DNA of 64,000 nt, taken from assembly GCA_943350765.1 (NCBI GenBank), contig CALRAJ010000001.1:16873-80872 (forward strand). Reading direction: 5' to 3'. Of this stretch, positions 21,062 to 30,752 are shown one piece after another. The notes under the pieces are model-generated. The model was not told the DNA's origin and made no database searches. It saw only the letters and a list, made by a program, of their open reading frames with translations. This stretch comes from Candidatus Tayloriibacteriota bacterium (GTDB lineage Bacteria; Patescibacteriota; Minisyncoccia; Phycocordibacterales; PALSA-1337). Made by a program: the position numbers and the translations under genes. Position 1 is the stretch's first letter. Each line of letters starts with the position of its first letter.

Positions 21062-21769
21062 CTACTCTCTACGCATTGGAGCCTTTTTTACAATCTCTAA
21101 AATCTCTTCTATACTGTCTGTGATTGTGTAAATATCCATCTCCCTTTTATCAATAGAACCATGTTCCTCGTATAAATCATTAAAAATAGTGTTCTGAAGT
21201 GGTTGCCAAAAATCCTTGCCAACGAGTATTAGAGGTACTTTTGGAATCTTGTGTGTCTGTATTAGTGTGACTAGTCCAAAAAATTCATCTAGCGTCCCAA
21301 AACCGCCTGGAAAAAAGATATAGGCTTCTGCAGAAAATGCCAGAATCACTTTTCGAGTAAAAAAGTAGTTACATTCGATATATTTTTGAACAAATTTATT
21401 TATATGTTGTTCGTGAGGAAGTTTGATGGTTACTCCTAGAGATATTCCCAGAGCCTCACTAGCCCCTTTGTTGGCCGCTTCCATAATACCTGGACCACCA
21501 CCCGTAACAATAGCGTAGTCATGGTCAGTAGCAATCCTTTTGGCAAGATCGTAGGCTGTAATATAATGCGGGTTGTCATCAGCAAATCTGGCAGAACCAA
21601 AAAATGTTACAGACTTTTTGTGTGGGCGAATAAACTCAAAACCATCTCTTAGTTCTCGGTGGATCATCTCTAGTTTATCAGCAGTTTCCTGATCAAGCTC
21701 GCCACCGAGTATTGGCTCGCTATTATCCGAGTACATGGATTGTTTTAAAAGTTTTTTAAAAAGATTCAT
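21062..21769 (-). CDS. LOG-family (TIGR00730-like) nucleotide-binding protein
   Basis: TGGGPGIMEAANKGA, FPGGFGTLDE. Confidence 0.92.
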   Translation of the reverse strand: MNLFKKLLKQSMYSDNSEPILGGELDQETADKLEMIHRELRDGFEFIRPHKKSVTFFGSARFADDNPHYITAYDLAKRIATDHDYAIVTGGGPGIMEAANKGASEALGISLGVTIKLPHEQHINKFVQKYIECNYFFTRKVILAFSAEAYIFFPGGFGTLDEFFGLVTLIQTHKIPKVPLILVGKDFWQPLQNTIFNDLYEEHGSIDKREMDIYTITDSIEEILEIVKKAPMRRE

Positions 21770-21826
21770 GTAAATAGTATAGCATGAAAAACTTTTTTGT
21801 ATTATGACATTCTCAAATGTGCCTAT

Positions 21827-22645
21827 CTATTCCTCTGGATTTGTCATACTGAGACTTTGTAAAAAGTCTGTCAGCTCATCACCTTGGATTTCTCGATACT
21901 GCCCCTCATTTATCTCGCCGAGTTCTATATTCATAATACGAATACGCAAAAGGTCTAAAACTTCTTGATGTAGCACCATGCACATACGGCGTATCTGCCT
22001 TTTTTTGCCTTCGGTCAAGACCATTCGGAAATGTTGATCATCTAGCTTTACTATTTCACATGGTTTGGTCTGGTAGCCATCATCGAGCTTTACACCAGCA
22101 CCCATTCTCTGTATAAAGTTATCATTTATTGTTTTGTGGACACGGACGATATACTCCTTGCTGTGGATATATTTTGGGTTTAGGAGCTTGTCGGTAATAC
22201 GACCATCGTCAGTGAGGATAATAAGTCCTCGGGAGTCCTTGTCCAGCCTGCCTATTGGAAAGACTTTTTTAGGAAAGTGAGTGATGTTGATAATACTTTT
22301 TTCTCCACCTTGTGGAAGATTGGTCACAATACCGACTGGCTTGTTGTAGGCATAGTAGGTGCGTGTTTCGGGAGCAAAATCGCGTGGGAGATTGACTTCA
22401 ACACTATCACTCTCCTGCACTTTGTCACCCAAGGTTGCCTTTTTGTGATTGATAAAAACCTTGCCAGAAGAGATAAGCACATCTGCTTTGCGACGAGTGC
22501 AGTAGTTTTTGAGCGAGAGGTAACGGTTGATACGGATAGGGTATTCGATGGTCTGGGTTTCAGGAATAGAGGCTTTCACCACTCTTTTTATCTGAGTTTT
22601 CTCGATAGGCTTGGTTTTTGGTGTTTTTGCTCTGGGTTTATACAT
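21827..22645 (-). CDS. rRNA pseudouridine synthase (RluB/RluF-like, S4 domain)
   Basis: RINRYLS..CTRRKAD, GRLDKDSRG, EGKKRQIRRM; ATG at 22645 follows a -10 box. Confidence 0.92.
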   Translation of the reverse strand: MYKPRAKTPKTKPIEKTQIKRVVKASIPETQTIEYPIRINRYLSLKNYCTRRKADVLISSGKVFINHKKATLGDKVQESDSVEVNLPRDFAPETRTYYAYNKPVGIVTNLPQGGEKSIINITHFPKKVFPIGRLDKDSRGLIILTDDGRITDKLLNPKYIHSKEYIVRVHKTINDNFIQRMGAGVKLDDGYQTKPCEIVKLDDQHFRMVLTEGKKRQIRRMCMVLHQEVLDLLRIRIMNIELGEINEGQYREIQGDELTDFLQSLSMTNPEE

Positions 22646-22721
22646 AAAGCGAATCATAACACAAAACTATAGAAATTACAATGAAAAAGCGACTTTGTCC
22701 ATTTTGGGTCTGGAATGTTAT

Positions 22722-22860
22722 TTGACAAGTCTACTCTATGTATGATATACTAGGGGGTAGAATAGTTGCCGAGCTGTTCACGGATGACATGAAGTATTTT
22801 GTAGGTCGCAAGCCTGCAAAATGGCCGAAAGCCCATGTTCCGCAAAAAAGGCGTTGACAA
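22722..22860 (+). promoter_or_regulatory. Sigma70 promoter plus structured 5' leader
   Basis: TTGACA 22722 and TGnTATACT 22743-22751; hairpins 22796-22822 and 22823-22833 closed by cgga..acatg/catgttccg. Confidence 0.55.
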
Positions 22861-23541
22861 ATGAAAACAGAAAGCAAAGCTACGAAACTACGGATTGAGG
22901 AGTTGTTGGAAATCGTTCCTGCCGAGCTGGTAGAGGTTTATCAGCGGAGGAGTATTAATACCCAGTCGCTCGCAGAGATGGTACAACAGTACAAGGGTCT
23001 AGGAAAAGAGCGTTGGTGGGTATTTTTTCGTCTCCTCAGTTTGGTTGGCTTTTGGGCCTTGGTTAATTTGGGTGGTTTGCTCGATGCCTTTTTTGTTCGT
23101 TCCTTTCCATTTTTTATCATTTCAACCCTAGTTACTATACTTATCGGGGTGTTGCTCCTCAGGAGATCCGATCAATTGAGTATGGAAGGGTGGACACTCA
23201 AGGAAAAGTTCGATCAGTTTGAAAAGACTATCTGCAGACTCGACCCCTATAGCAAGGGCGAGGTTCATGCAGAACATCTTACTCACAGAGCTGTACACGA
23301 TCTGCTAGTGCAGTTTGCAGTCAATGTCATTGAAGTTGAGAGGAGAATCAAGGTAATGCGACCAGATTTTGGTTATCCAGTCATTACACTCTCGATTGCC
23401 ATCAATAGTCTCGCTTTTCGTGATGGAGAATTCACCGACCTGCTGTCTGTTGCTACCGACCTTGAGAGAGTGCCTGCCACTCAGGACAGGGCTTATTTCT
23501 TTCAAGTCGCAGAGCGTCAACTCGATGCCATGAAGACATGA
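22861..23541 (+). CDS. Hypothetical protein with two TM helices
   Basis: 226-aa ORF with own promoter and terminator; no recognisable motif. Confidence 0.7.
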   Translation: MKTESKATKLRIEELLEIVPAELVEVYQRRSINTQSLAEMVQQYKGLGKERWWVFFRLLSLVGFWALVNLGGLLDAFFVRSFPFFIISTLVTILIGVLLLRRSDQLSMEGWTLKEKFDQFEKTICRLDPYSKGEVHAEHLTHRAVHDLLVQFAVNVIEVERRIKVMRPDFGYPVITLSIAINSLAFRDGEFTDLLSVATDLERVPATQDRAYFFQVAERQLDAMKT

Positions 23542-23595
23542 TACGGCATAAGCACGAAGTCATGCGATACTCCCGAGTTAGTTGAAATCTCGATT

Positions 23596-23629
23596 CCGCC
23601 GACCTTTTCCCAAGGGTCTGCGGTTTTTT
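23596..23629 (+). terminator. Intrinsic terminator
   Basis: ccgccgacc...ggtctgcgg followed by tttttt. Confidence 0.7.
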
Positions 23630-23807
23630 ATTTAAAAAAATATCTCACAACTTTTGGTCGGATGATTTATTTACTATAATTTTTGATTTTTATACTAGAG
23701 TGCGATAGACTAGTGAGGTCGGCGGAAGGTTTAATGATAATTAAAATAATAACAAAATCTCTCGTGTTTTTTAGGGTAGTACACGATACGATTTTATAAA
23801 ATCAAAT

Positions 23808-24395
23808 ATGAGAAAATTAAGTACAAATGAATCGATTGGTGCAGGTGTTGGGGTGATTGTAGTCCTCGGATTACTAATATTTGGTAATCCTAGTATAAAG
23901 TTTTCGAATAACCCAGAGACTGCAAATACTCCAGATGAATTTGATCAGCCACCACAGAGAGATATAATACAGACAGAAATAGAAAGCGAGAATATTGAAA
24001 AAGTTACAGCTACGACAACAACCCCATTAAAAACAACTACAAAAATCATGCCAAAAGAAATCACTACAAAAGAAGGTCTCAAATATACTGATGTTGTCAT
24101 CGGTACAGGAGCTACAGCTGTGGCAGGTAAGGAGGTAACGGTGCATTATACCGGAACATTCGCAGACGGCAAAAAGTTTGATAGCTCGGTAGATCGCGGT
24201 GAGCCATTCCAATTTACACTTGGTGCTGGTAAAGTGATCAAGGGTTGGGATCTAGGGGTGGCTGGTATGAAAGTGGGTGGCAAGAGACAGCTCACTATTC
24301 CTGCGACACTTGGGTATGGAGCAAACAACTACGGACCTATTCCGGGTAATTCTACGCTTTTGTTTGATGTGGAGCTTTTGGAGGTTGGGAATTAG
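23808..24395 (+). CDS. FKBP-type peptidyl-prolyl isomerase with N-terminal anchor
   Basis: VHYTG..DGKKFDSS, VIKGWD, GMKVGGKR, IPGNSTLLFDVEL. Confidence 0.95.
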   Translation: MRKLSTNESIGAGVGVIVVLGLLIFGNPSIKFSNNPETANTPDEFDQPPQRDIIQTEIESENIEKVTATTTTPLKTTTKIMPKEITTKEGLKYTDVVIGTGATAVAGKEVTVHYTGTFADGKKFDSSVDRGEPFQFTLGAGKVIKGWDLGVAGMKVGGKRQLTIPATLGYGANNYGPIPGNSTLLFDVELLEVGN

Positions 24396-24420
24396 TTATA
24401 GAGAATTTTATTAAAGTTTA

Positions 24421-24622
24421 TAAATCCCCGAACTTCGTTGAAGGTGTATCTTTATAAAGGACTTTCACATCGTTAGATGATGTGTTCCTGTAGACGGCGC
24501 CATGCGGGTAGACGAGACTGAGAAAAATTTCACCAGAAATTTATGAGAGCCCCGTCTACAGGTGCCTATCCCTAACCGATAGGCTTTATAAAGATATACC
24601 GAGAAAGAAGTTCGGGGATTTA
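24421..24622 (+). repeat. Family A structured element, copy A5 with E-type terminal stem
   Basis: Family A interior but termini taaatccccgaacttc...gaagttcggggattta. Confidence 0.9.
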
Positions 24623-24672
24623 TTGTAGTACCCATTCCTCTGTTATTGTAGTCATGGCATAAAAAATAAAAA

Positions 24673-25923
24673 ATGAAATTCACAATTGAAAAAAAGTTAT
24701 CTGGCAAGCTAGGGCGTGCTGGAAAAATAGAAACACCACATGGGATAATAAATACCCCTGCTTTTATTGTGGTAGGAACAAAAGCCACGGTTAAGGCAAT
24801 GACACCTGAGCAAGTCAAAGACCTCGGTGCGCAAGCTGTTCTTGCAAATACTTACCATCTCTATCTCGAGCCTGGCGAGAAGATTGTTAAAAATGGTGGG
24901 GGATTACACAAATTTATGAACTGGTCTGGACCCACTTTTACTGACTCAGGAGGATTTCAAGCATTCTCTCTTGGTGTTGCTTTTGGTACGACTATTAGTA
25001 AACTTTCTAAACCACAATCAAACAGTTTTGATGAGCGTGAAAAAAAGAGTGAGTCCGTGCGAAGTGAGGGTATGCCACCGCTTGCAAAGATCACCGAGGA
25101 CGGCGTGATATTCAAGTCATACCGTGATGGTAGTGAGCATTTTTTCTCCCCTGAAAAATCCATTGAAATACAAAATAGCATAGGTGCCGATATTATTTTT
25201 GCATTTGACGAGTGTACCTCGCCGACCGCTGATAAAAAGTATCAAAAAGAGGCGATGGACAGGACACATAGGTGGGCGACTCGAAGCCTTGCTAGGCATC
25301 GAGAGTTACAAGTCGAAAGTACAAAGTCAAAAGTTGGGGAGAAAAAAAGCGAACAAGCGATCTTTGGAGTAGTCCAAGGTGGTCGTTTTGAGGATTTACG
25401 AAAAGAAAGCGCGGGAGTTATCGGCTCGATGGACTTTGACGGCTTTGGTATTGGAGGCTCATTTGATAAAGAGGATATTGGCACGGCGGTATCATGGGTA
25501 AACAAAGAGTTGCCAGAAGGGAAGCCACGGCACCTGCTTGGTATTGGTGAGCCAGAAGACTTTTTCCTTGCTATAGAAAACGGCTGTGATACTTTTGATT
25601 GTGTAGCGCCGACGAGGCAAGCACGCAACGGCACTTTGTATACCAAGCAAGGCAAAATACATATTGATAATGCAAAATATCGTGAATACTTTGCACCGAT
25701 TGAGGCAGATTGCATGTGCTATACCTGTAGCCACTATACTCTCGCATATATTGCTTATCTAGCTCGTACCAAGGAGCTTTTGGCACACACACTGTCCTCG
25801 ATACATAACTTACATTTTATTGTTCATCTGGTAGAGGATATTCGGCAGTCTATACTCAACGAAACTTTTGATAAATTTAAAAATAGTTTTTTGGAGGGGT
25901 ATAGGAAGACTGAGAAAAATTAG
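24673..25923 (+). CDS. tgt: tRNA-guanine transglycosylase
   Basis: LANTYHL, TDSGGFQ, GVVQGG, HLLGIG, DTFDCV, CxCxxC and HNL zinc ligands. Confidence 0.96.
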   Translation: MKFTIEKKLSGKLGRAGKIETPHGIINTPAFIVVGTKATVKAMTPEQVKDLGAQAVLANTYHLYLEPGEKIVKNGGGLHKFMNWSGPTFTDSGGFQAFSLGVAFGTTISKLSKPQSNSFDEREKKSESVRSEGMPPLAKITEDGVIFKSYRDGSEHFFSPEKSIEIQNSIGADIIFAFDECTSPTADKKYQKEAMDRTHRWATRSLARHRELQVESTKSKVGEKKSEQAIFGVVQGGRFEDLRKESAGVIGSMDFDGFGIGGSFDKEDIGTAVSWVNKELPEGKPRHLLGIGEPEDFFLAIENGCDTFDCVAPTRQARNGTLYTKQGKIHIDNAKYREYFAPIEADCMCYTCSHYTLAYIAYLARTKELLAHTLSSIHNLHFIVHLVEDIRQSILNETFDKFKNSFLEGYRKTEKN

Positions 25924-25972
25924 TTTGATCGGTAAATGTATTAAAAACCCTTAGTTTGATTTGGGGTATAGT

Positions 25973-26025
25973 ATGGCTATAAAGAGCCATTTGAACGGCT
26001 CATCAGGGCTGTTGAGCCGTTCAAA
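25973..26025. repeat. Palindrome cluster (C-D)
   Basis: atggctataaagagccat followed by ttgaacggctcatcagggctgttgagccgttcaa. Confidence 0.85.
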
Positions 26026-26029
26026 AACC

Positions 26030-26221
26030 TTGACTTATTTTTTAAACTAGAATAGTATATAAAGTATGAATCAAACAATTCATTTTAAGAAGCGATATAT
26101 TTGGATGGTCCTCAAACAAGATTTGAGCGCTTCTTTTTGTGATTGTTAATTTTCTCCCATTTCGCTAACCTTTAAACAACAATCCTAAAAACGAGCTCTC
26201 AAATATGAGGGCTCGTTTTTT
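26030..26221 (+). promoter_or_regulatory. Promoter, leader peptide and transcription attenuator
   Basis: TTGACT-17-TAGTAT; leader ORF 26066-26149; mutually exclusive stems; terminator aaaaacgagctctc-aaatat-gagggctcgtttttt 26187-26221. Confidence 0.72.
26066..26149 (+). CDS. Putative leader peptide MNQTIHFKKRYIWMVLKQDLSASFCDC
   Basis: ATG 7 nt after the -10 box; overlaps attenuator stems 1 and 2. Confidence 0.55.
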   Translation: MNQTIHFKKRYIWMVLKQDLSASFCDC

Positions 26222-26241
26222 GCTAGAAGTATCGAAACATC

Positions 26242-26397
26242 ATGAATTTCAACCAAATCATAACCAAAATGGCATTAAGTAAAGTTTCTCTCAAAGGACT
26301 CTTTTTTTGGCTGGGCAAGATGCATTTTTATTATTATGCATCATTGTGTTTGGATTTTGGCCAAAGAGGTATCGTGAGCATGACAGGATTAGGGTAA
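26242..26397 (+). CDS. Possible 51-aa small protein
   Basis: First ORF after the attenuator: MNFNQIITKMALSKVSLKGLFFWLGKMHFYYYASLCLDFGQRGIVSMTGLG; no other support. Confidence 0.3.
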   Translation: MNFNQIITKMALSKVSLKGLFFWLGKMHFYYYASLCLDFGQRGIVSMTGLG

Positions 26398-26480
26398 GGA
26401 CTTTTTAGCCAGCATCTAAACCAATTTGGTTTAGGCGATATGTTGGTTGTTCCTTGTAACCTATTGCAGAAGTAAATCCT

Positions 26481-27488
26481 ATGAGTGCCACCTACTACAT
26501 AAATCGTGTCGGTTCGTTCAATGAAGTCCTCAAGCGTCGTCGTCAGGATAAAGGTCTGATTCGTTCGTATGTTGACGATTTTGTTGACAAGTACTACGGT
26601 ATCGCTGGGTTCAGTGACCTTGTGCAGTCTCACCTTCCCTTGCCGGTGCAAGAGGCCATCACTCGCTGTCAGTCTGTTGGTGTGCTTGCGAGACAGGTTC
26701 CGGGGATATGTGCCGAAGATGTGGCGATGTATCTCTTGTGTAGTAAGCTCGGTCTTTTGCCTCTGGCTTTGTCCTTTACTCGTGACACTTTTGTAACAAT
26801 GAGTCATGACAAGCGCCATCGTGTGAAGATTCCCTGGGTGGAATGGAGCAAGTCACATAATCCGATCGTCAGATATGAAGACATTTCGGTAGGAGGCATT
26901 GCTAGTATCGAGCGTTGTCGACTGGATTCGATTACAGTCAAAAATGCTCCGTCACTGATCAGCTACCATGAGGGTGTGCGTCAGCAGGTTTTTAACGGCT
27001 CATATCCAATGGGCGATGTTTCCAAGCTTCATGGGGAGTTGCTCGCTCGTGCCACACGCCACATACCAGAAGCGGTGTATCGTGAGGTTGGCAAGATGGA
27101 CACCTTGGTCAACGGATCATATACGGCAGAGGAAGCTCGGGCACTCATTATTCGGCCACCGTCTGAATGGTATTACCCGCTGTATCTCTCGATGTTTGTT
27201 ACTGGTGAACTCGTCCTTCTAGACACTTACGAAAACCCAGATGGTGGGGTTCCAGAAGCGAAGGCACTCTTCGAGAAAACCATGGACGGTCTTGTGCAAG
27301 AGTACGGCTGGATGCCCTTGGTAGTCCAGACAGCTCCACTATGTCTCGATATGATGTTCTGCAACAGACACCTGCTCAGTACGCCCGGTTCAGTGGAAGG
27401 ATTGTGTGATCGAGCAAAATTGTGGCACACGACGACCTACGATGCATCTCGGCATTTTGCTGACATGGCAGTGATGTTTCGTGGGTAG
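26481..27488 (+). CDS. Hypothetical 335-aa soluble protein
   Basis: Long ORF, visibly GC-richer than its neighbours; family not recognised. Confidence 0.8.
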   Translation: MSATYYINRVGSFNEVLKRRRQDKGLIRSYVDDFVDKYYGIAGFSDLVQSHLPLPVQEAITRCQSVGVLARQVPGICAEDVAMYLLCSKLGLLPLALSFTRDTFVTMSHDKRHRVKIPWVEWSKSHNPIVRYEDISVGGIASIERCRLDSITVKNAPSLISYHEGVRQQVFNGSYPMGDVSKLHGELLARATRHIPEAVYREVGKMDTLVNGSYTAEEARALIIRPPSEWYYPLYLSMFVTGELVLLDTYENPDGGVPEAKALFEKTMDGLVQEYGWMPLVVQTAPLCLDMMFCNRHLLSTPGSVEGLCDRAKLWHTTTYDASRHFADMAVMFRG

Positions 27489-27598
27489 ATAATCACATGT
27501 TCTACATGTGTCATGTGTTGGGCTATTTTCAAACCCCACACATGTTTTTTAGTTATCTGTTTTAGATAAAGGTTGTTATAATTAATTATATTAGTAAT

Positions 27599-28582
27599 AT
27601 GAAAGTAAAAAATGAAAAAGTATTCAAATCAATAAATGGCGTAAAGGCACTTACCAGACTAGGTACTAGACAAGGTATTGTAGCCGAGCGTGCTCGGGAG
27701 TATATTTGCAAAGTTTTGGAACAATATCAGACACCATTTGTTGTCGAGAATTTTGATACAGATATTCCTGTATTCAAAAAAGCTACACTAATGATTAATG
27801 GTAAAAAGGAGCCGTGTATCGGATGTGGAATGACAAGTGGTGAAATCCCTACTACAAACATCGCGAGTTCTCTCATGTCCTCTAGATTTTTGATAGACAC
27901 GCCTACAATCTATATAAACCAAAAATGTTCCGTCGCCTCGCCTACCAACTTTTCTTTTGCACCAGCGATAGCCATTTCTCCAAAGACAGCTAAAAAGCTT
28001 CTCACCGCGAAAAAAGCACAAGCTTCCCTCGAGGTCACAAGACAGAAAACTTCTGCCAATTTACTGATCGTAGGGAATACTACCGACCCAAAAACAATAA
28101 TTTTCTCTCATTACGATTCTTTAGGTCCAGGAGCGATCGATAATGCAAGTGGTACATCTGTGGCACTCACTGTCGCTCTAAGGTGTTTTAAAGAGGGTAT
28201 TTTAGACCAGGTGCTTTTTGTTTTTGATGGTAATGAAGAGATTTCCTATGATTATCCAAAATACTGGGGACATGGTTACCGAGTGTTCGAGGAACGATAT
28301 ACGAAAGTGTTAGAAAACGCTAAAGAAGTCTTGGTTGTCGATTGTGTTGGTAATGGGGTGAATAGTTTTATTCAGGACGAAGAAATCTTAAAACTTGCTT
28401 TTCCGCTAAAAAATATTGCTCAAATTAAAGACAAAATCTTTTTGCTCTCTGGTGATATCGATGATTTGATGACGGTCTATCACTCGGAGAAGGACACTCA
28501 ACAGAAAGTCACCTCGAAATCACTTGAGCAAGCGGAGAAACTCCTTTTTGAGCGTATTTACGAAGGTACTAAAAAATGCTAG
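27599..28582 (+). CDS. M28-family zinc metallopeptidase
   Basis: SHYDS, GAIDNASG, GNEE, DCVG, YHSEKDT motifs. Confidence 0.85.
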   Translation: MKVKNEKVFKSINGVKALTRLGTRQGIVAERAREYICKVLEQYQTPFVVENFDTDIPVFKKATLMINGKKEPCIGCGMTSGEIPTTNIASSLMSSRFLIDTPTIYINQKCSVASPTNFSFAPAIAISPKTAKKLLTAKKAQASLEVTRQKTSANLLIVGNTTDPKTIIFSHYDSLGPGAIDNASGTSVALTVALRCFKEGILDQVLFVFDGNEEISYDYPKYWGHGYRVFEERYTKVLENAKEVLVVDCVGNGVNSFIQDEEILKLAFPLKNIAQIKDKIFLLSGDIDDLMTVYHSEKDTQQKVTSKSLEQAEKLLFERIYEGTKKC

Positions 28583-28592
28583 TATCCTCCTC

Positions 28593-30689
28593 ATGTCCAT
28601 TTTTGCACTCACATCAGAATTTGAGCCAGCGGGGGATCAGCCAAAGGCTATTGAGGCTTTGGTAAAAGGTTTCAAAAAGGGTATGCGACACCAGACACTG
28701 CTCGGTGTTACAGGCTCAGGTAAGACTTTTACGGCTGCCAATGTGATCGCACAGCTCGATAAGCCCACCCTCGTCATAGCTCACAACAAAACTCTAGCTG
28801 CCCAGCTCGCACAAGAGTACCGAGAATTTTTCCCTAAAAATGCGGTACACTACTTTGTCTCATATTATGATTACTATCAGCCAGAGGCGTACATGCCCAT
28901 CACAGATACTTATATCGAAAAAGAGGCAATGATCAATGATGAAATCGACCGCCTTAGACACGCTTCGACCCAAGCACTTTTAACTCGAAAGGATGTGATT
29001 ATCGTGGCATCAGTTTCCTGTATCTATGGTCTCGGCTCGCCAGTAGAGTATGAAAAAGTGAATCTTAAACTCGAGGTCGGCGCCACATTACCCAGAGCAG
29101 ACCTACTTCGGAAGTTGGTGGAACTGCATTTCAAAAGAACTCATGCCGATCTGGAGCCTGGGACTTTTCGTGCTATCGGTAACTCAGTGGAGATAATGCC
29201 AGTAAATGAACAGATTATTTTCCGTCTCGAGCACGATGGCTCAATAATATCTGGTATAACCAAAATCGACCACATTTCTCGTCGGCTCATTGAGGTTGTA
29301 CCTGTTTTCTACCTTTTTCCTGCAAAACATTTTATTTCTGATTTGGCTCAACAGAAAAGAGCTTTTAATACCATCAAAGCAGAGTTGGAAAGTCGCCTCG
29401 TGGAGCTGACAGCACAGGGTAAAAATCTTGAAGCCGAGAGACTCAAGCGACGAGTGAGCTATGACCTCGCACTTATACGAGAGGTAGGCTATTGCAATGG
29501 CATCGAAAATTATTCCCGACATTTTTCAGATAAAAAGCCCGGCGAAGCACCTGACTCACTACTAGCGTATTTTCCTCGTACCGTAGATGGCAAGCCTGAC
29601 TTTATGACAGTGATAGACGAGTCGCATGTAACCGTGCCACAGATAGGTGGTATGTATGCTGGAGATGCTTCGAGAAAAAAGACACTTGTGGAGCATGGCT
29701 TTCGACTTCCTTCGGCGGGGGATAATCGACCGCTAAAGTCAGAGGAGTTTTTTGAGCGTGTTGGTCAGATTCTCTACACATCTGCCACGCCGAGTGATCA
29801 TGAGAAAAAGGTGAGTGAGCAAATAGTACAACAAGTGATCCGACCGACAGGACTAATCGATCCAGAAATAGTCGTCAAACCAATTATTGAAAGTGGCGAG
29901 TACCGGGCTAAATCATCTACTGATGATCGCCCGACCCATCCAGAGGATGGGTATAGGGGGCAGATTTTTGACTTTATTTCTGAAGCAGAAAAAGTTATCA
30001 AAAGAGGTTTTCGAGTGATCGCGACAACACTCACTAAAAAGATGGCGGAAGACCTGAGTATTTATTTAAAGGAAAAAGGTATCAAGTCAGAATACTTACA
30101 TAGTGATATAAAGACGATGCAAAGAATTGAGATTTTGACTCAGTTTAGAAAAGGGGAGTTTGACTGTATTGTGGGGGTAAACCTGCTTCGAGAGGGACTC
30201 GATCTTCCTGAGGTAGAGCTTATTGGTATTCTAGATGCAGACAAAGAAGGTTTTTTGCGTTCTGAGACGGCACTTATCCAAACTATTGGTCGTGCGGCTA
30301 GAAATGTGCTAGGTCGAGTAATCCTCTATGCAGATGTAATGACAGGTTCTATGACTAGAGCAATAGCTGAGACAAACCGTCGCCGTGCTTTGCAAACTGC
30401 CTATAATACAGCTCACAATATCACACCGCAAACCATTATTAAAAAGATTCACGATATCACCGACCAGATGCGTACTGAGCATGATAAAGCAATCAAAGTC
30501 CTTTTGGATGTTGACCGTGCCTTGTATGCTAAAAATCCCAAAAAAGTAATGAAGGAAAAAGAAAATCAGATGGCTGAGGCTGTGAAAGAGCTTGATTTTG
30601 AAACTGCCGCGATTTTGAGAGATGAGATACGGGTGTTGCAGATACCTGCAAAAGCTAGGAGTACTAATAATAGTAATAAAAAGAAATAA
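28593..30689 (+). CDS. uvrB: Excinuclease ABC subunit B
   Basis: PAGDQP, GVTGSGKT, YYDYYQPEAY, DESH, NLLREGLDLPEV, C-terminal UVR domain. Confidence 0.98.
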   Translation: MSIFALTSEFEPAGDQPKAIEALVKGFKKGMRHQTLLGVTGSGKTFTAANVIAQLDKPTLVIAHNKTLAAQLAQEYREFFPKNAVHYFVSYYDYYQPEAYMPITDTYIEKEAMINDEIDRLRHASTQALLTRKDVIIVASVSCIYGLGSPVEYEKVNLKLEVGATLPRADLLRKLVELHFKRTHADLEPGTFRAIGNSVEIMPVNEQIIFRLEHDGSIISGITKIDHISRRLIEVVPVFYLFPAKHFISDLAQQKRAFNTIKAELESRLVELTAQGKNLEAERLKRRVSYDLALIREVGYCNGIENYSRHFSDKKPGEAPDSLLAYFPRTVDGKPDFMTVIDESHVTVPQIGGMYAGDASRKKTLVEHGFRLPSAGDNRPLKSEEFFERVGQILYTSATPSDHEKKVSEQIVQQVIRPTGLIDPEIVVKPIIESGEYRAKSSTDDRPTHPEDGYRGQIFDFISEAEKVIKRGFRVIATTLTKKMAEDLSIYLKEKGIKSEYLHSDIKTMQRIEILTQFRKGEFDCIVGVNLLREGLDLPEVELIGILDADKEGFLRSETALIQTIGRAARNVLGRVILYADVMTGSMTRAIAETNRRRALQTAYNTAHNITPQTIIKKIHDITDQMRTEHDKAIKVLLDVDRALYAKNPKKVMKEKENQMAEAVKELDFETAAILRDEIRVLQIPAKARSTNNSNKKK

Positions 30690-30752
30690 TAGCATAAACC
30701 ATACTGGCTGTGGTAAATTGCTTTATTGCATAATTTAATATATAATCAAACT

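Noticed and set aside
22781..22842. Hammerhead ribozyme or c-di-GMP riboswitch
   Set aside because: No CUGANGA core and no recognisable c-di-GMP-I junction; kept only as an unassigned structure.
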